A stretch of DNA of 22,891 bases from Pseudomonadota bacterium (lineage in GTDB: Bacteria > Desulfobacterota > Desulfobacteria > Desulfobacterales > RPRI01): positions 1 through 22,891 of the forward strand of contig JBDRRF010000112.1 of the NCBI GenBank assembly GCA_043825875.1, read 5' to 3'. Numbering within the stretch: the first letter of the stretch is position 1; each line of letters opens with the position of its first letter. Below, in pieces: positions 1-8,352 of this stretch. The translations under genes and the position numbers were made by a program. The notes beneath the pieces were generated by a model. The model was not told the DNA's origin and searched no databases. It worked only from the letters and a program-made list of their open reading frames with translations.

Positions 1-38
1 CATAAACTATATTTCTTATTAAAATGGGCTGATTGCTT

Positions 39-827
39 CTAATGCAAAGGTTTATAATAAGCGTTTTTTGTTCTCTTGGCTGATTTTTTATTAGATAATG
101 CCAAAATTACACCTTTATAAAAATCAATAGCGGATTTTGGGTCAGTATTTGCACTGAAATAATCATGGCTTTCTAAAGTATAATTGTTGATTTTTTTCCT
201 GTTAGCCGGTTTGTCTACCCATTTCTCATAATCAAAAGCAAAGTAATGGCCATCGTTTCTTACATGTTCCGGAACAGACACATCCTGCACAAGATGCATA
301 ATTTGCCCCAGCGCTCTGAATGTTTCTGCAAAATTGTTTTCTCTTGAATCTTCATCCGGATCAGTTAAGGCTTTGTAATAATAACTGCGGGCATCATTCC
401 AGGAATAATAGCCGCAGTACTGAGAATTAAGCGGCTGCAAAGCCCAGTCGATTATCGACATGCCGGACAGAAAGCCGGTATCCCACCAACCCGAAAACCC
501 TCTGTTGTCTATAGGATTATGAAAATGATTTCTTGACCGCCAATAAGGAATGCACCAACCACCCGGTTTGTCTTCCATCTTGCCGCCGTCTCCAAACCAT
601 TTGATAATTTCTTTATTGTTAATAAGTGTATCTTTACCTTCTTGTATTCCTAATTGGTTTTTCAGATATTGATCGAAAGAAAATCCATTAAAAGCATTTT
701 TAGCAATATGTTTGTTAATTGCTTCATGAGTATCCACCTCCAGAGCCTTGATGGGTATTACTGTAACAAATAATATTGAATAAATTAAAATTAAGATCTT
801 AATATTCTTTTTCATCCATGTATTCAT
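39..827 (-). CDS. Gene B copy 3: secreted protein with a zinc-dependent phospholipase C / S1-P1 nuclease-like domain; longest copy, probably still C-terminally truncated
   Basis: Signal peptide ending IKA, with mature start LEVDTH (His at position 6, as in P1 nuclease WGALGH). Motifs MEDKP, RNHFHNP, ALGQIMHLVQDVSVPEH (HxxxDxxxPxH) and GH..DYEKWVD. The last ~35 aa look like non-coding read-through. Confidence 0.7.
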   Translation of the reverse strand: MNTWMKKNIKILILIYSILFVTVIPIKALEVDTHEAINKHIAKNAFNGFSFDQYLKNQLGIQEGKDTLINNKEIIKWFGDGGKMEDKPGGWCIPYWRSRNHFHNPIDNRGFSGWWDTGFLSGMSIIDWALQPLNSQYCGYYSWNDARSYYYKALTDPDEDSRENNFAETFRALGQIMHLVQDVSVPEHVRNDGHYFAFDYEKWVDKPANRKKINNYTLESHDYFSANTDPKSAIDFYKGVILALSNKKSAKRTKNAYYKPLH

Positions 828-1450
828 TTATAGCCTCCCTTTAATCCAAGATTATTGCGCTCTTCGTTTAGACTTTTTATAAATAGAGGCAATTCTTTCG
901 ATGTGTAATCGTTTGGTGGCAAGGGTTTTGTGTCTAATCGCTCTTTTCTCGTTCTTGCCTTCTCGAGCTCCACCACCCCAAGAGGACCTTTCCATATTTC
1001 AATATTACCAAAGTGGTCTTTTTCTTTAATCTTTCCTTCTTTTCCGATCATGCCTTTTTCAATCGCAAAATATTTTTCATCAGATATATTCTTTCCATCG
1101 ACGAATGTTATGGATTTATATCCCGGTTTGAAGATAATAAACTCAGCAACACGTTCGCTTGATAAAGGTCCGATTAATGTCCTATATGATGGAAAATAAA
1201 ACTCACCGTTTTTATCCGTTAAGGTTTCTTTTGCATCCATAGGCCCAGTATTACCGCCTCCGGGTCCCCCGAATTCCCATTTCATATATAAAGCGACAAT
1301 TACTGTGCCCTCTATCGGCTTCTTTGTTTCAGCATCGATGATTCTACCTCTGAATTCCGGTTTGCTATAGTAAAGCCAGGCATGGGCAGAGGATGTAAAA
1401 GTAAATCCAATTATTACCGTCGTAATAAAAATAAGTGAAATTCTCTTCAT
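824..1450 (-). CDS. Gene A copy 3: secreted carboxypeptidase-regulatory/transthyretin-like beta-sandwich protein
   Basis: Signal peptide ending AHA-W. Motif FRGRIIDAETKKPIEG...ETLTDKNGEFYFP...FKPGY. RBS GAGGTG; ATGA overlap with both neighbours. Confidence 0.75.
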   Translation of the reverse strand: MKRISLIFITTVIIGFTFTSSAHAWLYYSKPEFRGRIIDAETKKPIEGTVIVALYMKWEFGGPGGGNTGPMDAKETLTDKNGEFYFPSYRTLIGPLSSERVAEFIIFKPGYKSITFVDGKNISDEKYFAIEKGMIGKEGKIKEKDHFGNIEIWKGPLGVVELEKARTRKERLDTKPLPPNDYTSKELPLFIKSLNEERNNLGLKGGYK

Positions 1451-2076
1451 ATATTCACCTCTATTTTTTCATAATCATAAGCAAAGTAATGGCGATCGTT
1501 TCTTGTGTGTTCCGGCACAGACACATCCTGCACAAGATGCATAATCTGCCCCAGCGCTCTGAATGTTTTTGCGAAATTAATTTCTCTTGTATCTTTATCA
1601 GGATCAGTTAAGGCTTTAAAATAATAACTGCGGGCATCATTCCAGGAATAATAGCCACAGTACTGAGAATTAAGCGGCTGCAAAGCCCAGTCGATTATCG
1701 ACATGCCGGACAGAAAGCCGGTATCCCACCAACCCGAAAACCCTCTGTTGTCTATAGGATTATGAAAATGATTTCTTGACCGCCAATAAGGTATGCACCA
1801 ACCACCCGGTTTGTCTTCATAAACGCCACCGTCGCCAAGCAAATCAAAGACCTGTTTACTATTTATATATTCATCAGTACCATTTTGCATGCCTAGTTGG
1901 ATTTGTAAATACTGATGTAAGGAAAAACCATTCAATATTATATTCTTACCAGCAATATACTTATTTATGGCTTTGTGTGTGTCAACTTCTAAAGTCATAC
2001 CTGGAACATAAAGAATAAGTATAAAACAAATAGCCATTATAATTATTGCGTGTAATTTGTTTATCTGTTTGATCAT
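1447..2076 (-). CDS. Gene B copy 2: PLC/S1-P1-like secreted protein, truncated right after DYEK (possible pseudogene or silent cassette)
   Basis: Paralog of 39..827 with the same motifs. Ends YDYEK-IEVNI*, where IEVNI is encoded by the RBS region of the next gene A. Confidence 0.7.
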   Translation of the reverse strand: MIKQINKLHAIIIMAICFILILYVPGMTLEVDTHKAINKYIAGKNIILNGFSLHQYLQIQLGMQNGTDEYINSKQVFDLLGDGGVYEDKPGGWCIPYWRSRNHFHNPIDNRGFSGWWDTGFLSGMSIIDWALQPLNSQYCGYYSWNDARSYYFKALTDPDKDTREINFAKTFRALGQIMHLVQDVSVPEHTRNDRHYFAYDYEKIEVNI

Positions 2077-2078
2077 TT

Positions 2079-2702
2079 CTATTTACCTCCTTTTGGTAAT
2101 AAACCACGTGCTATATCATCCTCTTCTTTGGCCTTATAAAACAAAGGTAATTCTTTTGGCCCAAATTCATCTGATATATACCCAACCGACATAGTCTTGC
2201 TGTAGTCAGCCTTCTCCAACTCCACCACCCCCAGAGGACCTTTCCATATTTCAATATTACCAAAGTGGTCTTTTTCTTTAATCTCTCCTTCTTTTCCGAG
2301 CATGTCTTTTTTAATCTCAAAATACTTTTCATCAGATATGTTCTTTCCATCGACAAATGTTATGGATTTATACCCCGGTTTGAAGATAATAAACTCAGCA
2401 ACACGCGCGCTTGATAAAGGTCCGATTAATGTCCTATATGATGGAAAATAAAACTCACCGTTTTTATCCGTTAAGGTTTCTTTTGCATCCATAGGCTCAG
2501 TATTACCGCCTCCGGGTCCCCCAAATTCCCATTTCATATATAATGCTACTATCACCGCACCTTCTATCGGTTCCTTTGTATCCGCGTCAATTACCCGGCC
2601 TCTGAATTCCGGCTTGCTGTAGTAAAGCCAGGCATTAGCAGAGGATGTAAAAGTAAATCCAATTATTACCGTCGTAATAAAAATAAGTAAAATTCTCTTC
2701 AT
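2079..2702 (-). CDS. Gene A copy 2: secreted beta-sandwich protein
   Basis: Near-identical core to 824..1450 and 3328..3945, with a divergent last ~45 aa. Signal peptide ending ANA-W. Confidence 0.75.
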   Translation of the reverse strand: MKRILLIFITTVIIGFTFTSSANAWLYYSKPEFRGRVIDADTKEPIEGAVIVALYMKWEFGGPGGGNTEPMDAKETLTDKNGEFYFPSYRTLIGPLSSARVAEFIIFKPGYKSITFVDGKNISDEKYFEIKKDMLGKEGEIKEKDHFGNIEIWKGPLGVVELEKADYSKTMSVGYISDEFGPKELPLFYKAKEEDDIARGLLPKGGK

Positions 2703-3331
2703 ATATTCACCTCTATTTTTTCATAATCATAAGCAAAGTAATGGCCATCGTTTCTTACATGTTCAGGTACAGACATATCCTGCACAAGATGCATTACCTG
2801 CCCCAGCGCTCTGAATGTTTTTGCGAAATTAATTTCTCTTGTATCTTTATCAGGATCAGTTAAAGCTTTAAAATAATAACTGCGGGCATCCCACCAGGAA
2901 TAATAGCCGCAGTACTGAGAATTAAGCGGCTGCAAAGCCCAGTCGATAACCGACATTCCCGAATAAAAACCGGTATCCCACACTCCTGAAAACCCAGTGT
3001 TATCTATTGGATTATGAAAATGATTTCTCTGCCGCCAATGAGGTAAGCACCAGCCACCCGGTTTATCTTCCATTTCACCACCATCAGATAGCCATTTAAT
3101 GACCCATTTGTTTTTTATTGGTGTTTCTATACCATTTTGGAATCCAAGTTGTTCTATCAAATGCTGCTTTAATGAAAAGTTGTTAAAAGTTAAATTTTTA
3201 TCAGTGATTCGTTCATTTATTGCTCTATGAGTAGGTGCCTCTAATGCCGAGATTTTGGTAACATAAAAAAGTGATATAAAAGCGGCTATTATAACAAATA
3301 GTATAAAAATATTTTTTGTTTGTCTGTTCAT
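2699..3331 (-). CDS. Gene B copy 1: PLC/S1-P1-like secreted protein, truncated right after DYEK
   Basis: Signal peptide ending ISA, mature start LEAPTH. Motifs HFHNP and HLVQDMSVPEH. Same IEVNI* end as copy 2. Confidence 0.7.
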   Translation of the reverse strand: MNRQTKNIFILFVIIAAFISLFYVTKISALEAPTHRAINERITDKNLTFNNFSLKQHLIEQLGFQNGIETPIKNKWVIKWLSDGGEMEDKPGGWCLPHWRQRNHFHNPIDNTGFSGVWDTGFYSGMSVIDWALQPLNSQYCGYYSWWDARSYYFKALTDPDKDTREINFAKTFRALGQVMHLVQDMSVPEHVRNDGHYFAYDYEKIEVNI

Positions 3332-3945
3332 TTCACTTCACCTCCCAATCCACGGTTTCGTCTATCTTTATTAATTGCTTTATATAAAAGGGGCAACTCA
3401 TTCGACCCATAGCCAGCCGGTATACCTCCGGGAGGCATAGCTCTATCAGGTGAAACTCTTTCCAACTCCACCACCCCCAAAGCGCCTTTCCATATTTCAA
3501 TATTACCAAAGTGGTCTTTTTCTTTAATCTCTCCTTTTTTTCCGATCATGCCTTTTTTAATCGCAAAATACTTTTCATCAGATACATTCTTTCCATCTAC
3601 AAATGTTATGGATTTATACCCCGGTTTGAAGATAATAAACTCAGCAACACGTTCACTCGATAAAGGTCCGATTAATGTCCTATATGATGGAAAATAAAAC
3701 TCACCGTTTTTATCCGTTAAGGTTTCTTTTGCGTTCATAGGCTCGGTGTTGCCGCCTCCGGGTCCCCCAAATTCCCATTTCATATATAAAACAACAATTA
3801 CTGTGCCCTCAACCGGCTTCTTTGTTTCAGCGTCTATGATTCTACCTCTGAATTCCGGCTTGCTGTAATAAAGCCAGGCATTAGCAGAGGATGTAAAAGC
3901 GAATGTGATTATCATTGTAATAAATAGAAGTAGTATTTTTTTCAT
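3328..3945 (-). CDS. Gene A copy 1: secreted beta-sandwich protein
   Basis: Paralog of the other two A genes. Own RBS (AAGGTG) in the 24-bp gap after the upstream gene. Confidence 0.75.
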   Translation of the reverse strand: MKKILLLFITMIITFAFTSSANAWLYYSKPEFRGRIIDAETKKPVEGTVIVVLYMKWEFGGPGGGNTEPMNAKETLTDKNGEFYFPSYRTLIGPLSSERVAEFIIFKPGYKSITFVDGKNVSDEKYFAIKKGMIGKKGEIKEKDHFGNIEIWKGALGVVELERVSPDRAMPPGGIPAGYGSNELPLLYKAINKDRRNRGLGGEVK

Positions 3946-3969
3946 AAATGCACCTTTTGTTATATCTAT

Positions 3970-5307
3970 TTAGAATTCACGGATGTACCACAATCCGTTC
4001 GTATCCTGTATAAACCCGAGCCGATATGCGGATAAAGAACCGTCCTCCATCGTGGTTAATTCATACCATGCTCTGCCTTCCTGAACGGACTCCAGCTCAA
4101 TACCGACATAAGTGGCAACTATATCCGGCAGTTGATCTTTTAAAAGATCAAACATGATTTGATATTTATCTCTGCTGTATGACAGCATCATGTTCAGCGC
4201 TGTTTCCGTATCTTTCTGCTGCATGGCGTTTATGAAAACAGCCCACTTTGCTCTAAGAAGATTATCAATGTCTGCAAGTGGAACAGCCGTAATCGCTATC
4301 GTATCCCGGTAAGTAATTCCATCCGGCCCTACAGCCTGAGCTGTAAAATAATAAATGCCTTCAGAATTTATACTATAAACATGTTCATCAGGATCATCGC
4401 TTTGCAACTGTTCCACTGTCCCGGGACCATCAAAAGTGATTACAGGATTTGCGATGGTAAACGTTCCGTTTATTCTCAGGAATACATCCATAGGGGCAGC
4501 GGCGGATTCCGGATTGACGCTGATGCTGATATAATTCTCTGTGGAAACGGCATTAACCGTGATAGATTTTGTTACAGTGGCGCCTGAAGTATCGACAGCG
4601 GTAACGGTTATCGTATTTTCGCCTTCTGTAAGCGGAACATGGTTTACCGAAAACTCGTTGTTGTTTAATGCAGCAACAATGCCGTTTACATTGACTCCAG
4701 TTTCATTGTCTGTAACATTGGTTATATAACCTTTAACCATTACTTCAGAACCGTTGATTGTACTTCCATCCACCGGAGCGGTTATTGTTATTTTTATCTG
4801 TTCTATTACCGTCAGCTCCATGGAATTCGAATAACCTCCGCCGGGCGGTTGATTATATGCCTTAATCTCAATTTGTCCCGGATTTTCCAGATCCTGTGTT
4901 GTTAAAGTAAGCTGTAACTGCGTTTCGCTTATGGGTGTATAACTTCTTTGCGCGCCGTTTACATATATTATGGTGCTGTCCATAAAGCCTGAGCCGGAAA
5001 TATCTACATCCAGACTCTGCGTTCCGGCTATAACCTGAGCAGGATCAATAACCGTTAATGCAGGTAAGGGATTTAACACCAGAATGCTTGTTGTGATTTT
5101 TGTCGTGTCAGGGTAACTTTCGATCATTCCGTCATTTACAATAAGCTGGGCGACATACAAACCGGCGAGGTCGGGGATAAATGTCGGATTTACATTGATA
5201 AGGGAATCAAGCGATGAAGCGCTTTGTTCCGGTTTTGAGATGATTGACCAGAAGAAGATTAGCAGGTCATTGTCCGGATCATACGATGCACTGCCTGCAC
5301 GCTTCAT
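3970..5307 (-). CDS. Ig-like multidomain extracellular-type protein (partial PKD-like domain, IPT/TIG, Big-like domains, C-terminal NTF2-like region); 5'-truncated
   Basis: Begins mid-domain at GSASYDPDND.L...W with no signal peptide. TIG-like PLPALTVIDP..G.GF..VNG; Big-like ITITAPVDG..LTEGENTITVTAVD; ends FIQDTNGLWYIREF. Confidence 0.65.
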   Translation of the reverse strand: MKRAGSASYDPDNDLLIFFWSIISKPEQSASSLDSLINVNPTFIPDLAGLYVAQLIVNDGMIESYPDTTKITTSILVLNPLPALTVIDPAQVIAGTQSLDVDISGSGFMDSTIIYVNGAQRSYTPISETQLQLTLTTQDLENPGQIEIKAYNQPPGGGYSNSMELTVIEQIKITITAPVDGSTINGSEVMVKGYITNVTDNETGVNVNGIVAALNNNEFSVNHVPLTEGENTITVTAVDTSGATVTKSITVNAVSTENYISISVNPESAAAPMDVFLRINGTFTIANPVITFDGPGTVEQLQSDDPDEHVYSINSEGIYYFTAQAVGPDGITYRDTIAITAVPLADIDNLLRAKWAVFINAMQQKDTETALNMMLSYSRDKYQIMFDLLKDQLPDIVATYVGIELESVQEGRAWYELTTMEDGSLSAYRLGFIQDTNGLWYIREF

Positions 5308-5554
5308 TGTGTTTCCAATTCCATTTGTTTATTAAGCGATAATTTAGAAAAAAAGCATTTAACATTTTATAACCTACAGATAGCCCACAAATTAAATTAA
5401 AAGATAAAATTTATTTCTGACCCTTCATATCATAAATGTTTCCGGATACCTCTTTGGCGGCAAACAACAAGTGCTACATTCTGCCCTTATTTAAGACTTT
5501 CTAAACCATTATTTATCTTACAACTTTTTATTTGATTTGATTCAGCGTTGTTGT

Positions 5555-5584
5555 TTGACAAAGTATTACTTACCAAATTAATAT
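5555..5584 (+). promoter_or_regulatory. Putative sigma70 promoter for the nuo-like operon
   Basis: Perfect TTGACA at 5555-5560, 18-nt spacer, TAATAT at 5579-5584. Confidence 0.45.
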
Positions 5585-5595
5585 TGTTCTGTATA

Positions 5596-5611
5596 GTATC
5601 CAAAAGGATAC
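5596..5611. promoter_or_regulatory. Perfect palindrome GTATCC-N4-GGATAC, candidate operator
   Basis: 6-bp perfect inverted repeat just downstream of the putative -10 box. Confidence 0.4.
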
Positions 5612-5766
5612 CTTTTTAAGATTTTTTAAGAGGGATTTTCTTGCTTGGATTGTTTTCCACGGTTTTTCGTTAAGATTATGTCAATGCAATTGGAATATGA
5701 CTTCGTAGCAACCGCATTTTGAAATAATTTATCTTTTGAGGTAAAGGTATTTTTTATTTTTTTTAC

Positions 5767-5796
5767 TTGACAATCGTTGCTTCAAAAAGATATGAG
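5767..5796 (+). promoter_or_regulatory. Second candidate sigma70 promoter
   Basis: TTGACA at 5767-5772 preceded by a T-rich UP-like tract; the -10 (TATGAG) is weak. Confidence 0.3.
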
Positions 5797-5857
5797 AGCC
5801 GAAACAATTACGTTGAGTCATGAAATTTTTTATGTGAAGGTATGGGAGTTATAAGCT

Positions 5858-6241
5858 GTGTTTTCTCAGATGCTACAAGCCGGCCTATATGATTTTTTCT
5901 TTGTTTTTATTTTCTTTATAGTCGCCATCGGGCTATCAGTTGTGATGGTTATATTGAATTCCCTGATAGGTCCAAACTATCGTGGAAAAAGGAGAGGGGA
6001 AACCTATGAAAGTGGTGTTGCCCCAATCAGAACCGCCTGGATTCAGTTCGGAGCGTCCTATTATCTTTTTGCCCTGATTTTTTTGGCATTTGATGTGGAC
6101 GTACTTTACCTATTTCCGGTTCTTCTGACTTATCAGAAAGGAACCGCTTATATCGAACTGGTCGAACTCTTTATCTTCCTATTTATCATCTCTCTGGCGA
6201 TTGTTTATGCCTGGCGTAAAGGAGTTTTTGAATGGAGATAA
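5858..6241 (+). CDS. nuoA: NADH-quinone oxidoreductase subunit A-like
   Basis: Three TM helices, TYESG loop motif, [27 protein letters not shown] start with RBS GGGAG at 5844-5848. Confidence 0.93.
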   Translation: MFSQMLQAGLYDFFFVFIFFIVAIGLSVVMVILNSLIGPNYRGKRRGETYESGVAPIRTAWIQFGASYYLFALIFLAFDVDVLYLFPVLLTYQKGTAYIELVELFIFLFIISLAIVYAWRKGVFEWR

Positions 6242-6783
6242 AGAAAAGTCCATATTGTGAACCTACTATGGGGATGGATGGAGCACCGGCAGTACTGGGA
6301 TTTGCTCCTGTTCAGGATTTATTGAATCTGGCAAGAGTAAATTCTCTCTGGCCTATTACTTTTGGAATTGCATGCTGTGCTATTGAGATGATGGCCGCAG
6401 GTATGGCACGATTCGACCTGGATAGGTTCGGGACAATTTTCAGAGCAAGCCCTCGCCAGTCGGATGTTATGGTTGTTGCAGGAACAATATCAAAGAAACT
6501 TGTTCCTACCATAAGGACTTTGTATGATCAGATGCCGGGACCCAAATGGGTGATGGCAATGGGCAATTGTGCCATTTCCGGCGGACCATTTGCTTATGAT
6601 GGTCAGTATGCAATAGTTAACGGAACAGACAAGATTATTCCCGTTGATGTTTATATTCCCGGATGTCCCCCACGCCCGGAGGCTTTTATCCAGGGACTTC
6701 TTAAATTACAAACCTTGATTAGTAAAGGAACAATGGATGCTAACCGAAGGGCAGAAAAAGCTGCTAGAAGAGCTGCAAAATAG
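6232..6783 (+). CDS. nuoB: NADH-quinone oxidoreductase subunit B (N2 cluster)
   Basis: [36 protein letters not shown]. Confidence 0.96.
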   Translation: MEIKKSPYCEPTMGMDGAPAVLGFAPVQDLLNLARVNSLWPITFGIACCAIEMMAAGMARFDLDRFGTIFRASPRQSDVMVVAGTISKKLVPTIRTLYDQMPGPKWVMAMGNCAISGGPFAYDGQYAIVNGTDKIIPVDVYIPGCPPRPEAFIQGLLKLQTLISKGTMDANRRAEKAARRAAK

Positions 6784-7231
6784 TCTGGCTAAATCAGTAC
6801 CTGAAGCAGATATCAGCCAGAGTGATTATGCCCGTTTAGGCTATCACCTGGAATTTAAGTCAAACCAGGTTGGTATGCGCAGGGTAGCTTCGGCTATGAA
6901 AAACAGGCGATTTAACCTGGAAACCGTTACAGCGGTTGATTTTATAGATTCATTTGAGATCGTTTACCTTTATTTTGATTATAATCAGGAAAATATCCGT
7001 GTAATGGTTCGGATACGTGTGCCCAAAGATGAACCGCCTTTTACTATTTCGGCGATTTATACGGGTGCCATTTGGCTGGAACGGGAGGTTTATGACTTTT
7101 TCGGTATCCAATTTAAGGAACACCCGGATTTAAGGCGTATACTCAATCCCGATGATGCAGATTATTTCCCATTACTTAAGAACTTCGGTAAGACTACTAT
7201 AACCGATGAAATAGATGATATGACATGTTGA
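6737..7231 (+). CDS. nuoC: NADH-quinone oxidoreductase subunit C
   Basis: [34 protein letters not shown]. Confidence 0.93.
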   Translation: MLTEGQKKLLEELQNSLAKSVPEADISQSDYARLGYHLEFKSNQVGMRRVASAMKNRRFNLETVTAVDFIDSFEIVYLYFDYNQENIRVMVRIRVPKDEPPFTISAIYTGAIWLEREVYDFFGIQFKEHPDLRRILNPDDADYFPLLKNFGKTTITDEIDDMTC

Positions 7232-8352
7232 CCATCAAAACCGTAGACGACATAAATGTTAATGAGCGGCTTTATCAGCTCAATCTTGGTCCTCAGCATC
7301 CGAGTACTCACGGAGTTTTGCATTTTTTGCTAACCCTTGACGGCGAAGTTGTAGTCAAGGCTGAAATGCTTATCGGCTATACGCATCGGGGCCATGAGAA
7401 AATGGCTGAAAACCGGATCTATGAACAGTTTTATCCAAATTCTGCACGAATGGATTATCTTTCCGGCATGATTTTCAATACCGGATATTGTGAAGCTGTT
7501 GAAAAGCTTTGCGGTATTGAGGTCCCAAAAAGAGCGCAGTATATCAGGGTTATTACTTCCGAGCTGAATCGTGTTGCCAGCCACCTTCTTGGAGTTATGG
7601 ATTTTGTCATGGGCATAGGTGCGTATACGCCTTTTCTTTATGGGTGGGATGACCGTGAACAGATACTTGATCTGCTTGAGACGATTACCGGTTCCCGTCT
7701 TACCTATAATTATAGCCGGTTTGGCGGAGTTCGTGTGGATATTGACCAGGCTTTTTGCGATGGTGCCCGGCGTTTTATAGATCGGCTCAGAGGGCGATTC
7801 AAACTCTACCATGATTTGATAACAGGGAACATAATATTTATAAAACGTACCACCGGAGTTGGAGTTATCAGCAAGGATGTTGCGCTTGAATATGGTGTTA
7901 CCGGTCCGACTTTACGTGGCTCTGGTGTAAACTATGATGTGCGTAAGAGCGAACCCTATTCTGCATATCAGGATTTCAAGTTTGAGATTCCGACAAGAGA
8001 AGAAGGCGATTGTATGGCCCGCTATCTGGTACGGATGGCCGAAATGGAGCAAAGTTTGAGCATTATCGAACAGGCTTTGGACAACTTGCCCCAAGGCCCG
8101 ATTCGCTCCGATGTAGTCCGTTTTGTAACGCCGCCTGCCGAAGATTGTTATTATTCCTTTGAGAGTGCCCGCGGTGCTGTTGGTTATTATATAGTCAGTG
8201 ATGGTACGCGTATTCCATATCGTATTAAAGTGCGTGCGCCATCTTTTTCCAATTTATTTGTTATGAGTAAGATTATTCCTGGACATTTTGTTGCCGATCT
8301 TGTCGCTATTTTTGGCAGTATCGATGTAACGGTTCCGGAGATTGACCGGTGA
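7225..8352 (+). CDS. nuoD: NADH-quinone oxidoreductase subunit D
   Basis: [36 protein letters not shown]-terminal EIDR. No NiFe-binding CxxC motifs. Confidence 0.96.
   Translation: MLTIKTVDDINVNERLYQLNLGPQHPSTHGVLHFLLTLDGEVVVKAEMLIGYTHRGHEKMAENRIYEQFYPNSARMDYLSGMIFNTGYCEAVEKLCGIEVPKRAQYIRVITSELNRVASHLLGVMDFVMGIGAYTPFLYGWDDREQILDLLETITGSRLTYNYSRFGGVRVDIDQAFCDGARRFIDRLRGRFKLYHDLITGNIIFIKRTTGVGVISKDVALEYGVTGPTLRGSGVNYDVRKSEPYSAYQDFKFEIPTREEGDCMARYLVRMAEMEQSLSIIEQALDNLPQGPIRSDVVRFVTPPAEDCYYSFESARGAVGYYIVSDGTRIPYRIKVRAPSFSNLFVMSKIIPGHFVADLVAIFGSIDVTVPEIDR

Larger units (their letters stand above)
222..3945 (-). repeat. Three tandem imperfect direct repeats of an A+B two-gene unit, period ~1.25 kb
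   Basis: Gene A starts at 3945, 2702 and 1450 (spacing 1243 and 1252). Long near-identical DNA blocks, e.g. ~965-1290 / 2215-2550 / 3462-3790 and ~222-575 / 1465-1818 / 2717-3070. Confidence 0.95.

Noticed and set aside
222..3945. CRISPR array, integron cassette array, shufflon or diversity-generating retroelement
   Set aside because: The repeats are kb-scale coding units. I saw no short repeat-spacer pattern, attC-like sites, inverted cassettes or adenine-specific variation, and no recombinase or reverse transcriptase is encoded in the window.
930..4729. Short alternative ORFs at 930, 1776, 2111, 4381 and 4541
   Set aside because: Antisense or out-of-frame shadows within well-supported genes, not preserved as equivalent ORFs across the three repeats.
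5818..5835. Rex-like operator TCATGAAATTTTTTATGT before nuoA
   Set aside because: About six mismatches to TTGTGAA-N4-TTCACAA in AT-rich DNA; not distinguishable from chance.
6232..8352. Group 4 [NiFe]-hydrogenase / formate hydrogenlyase interpretation
   Set aside because: The large subunit lacks both CxxC Ni-binding motifs (it has RMDY and ends VPEIDR), and the small subunit has the NuoB-type adjacent CC motif.
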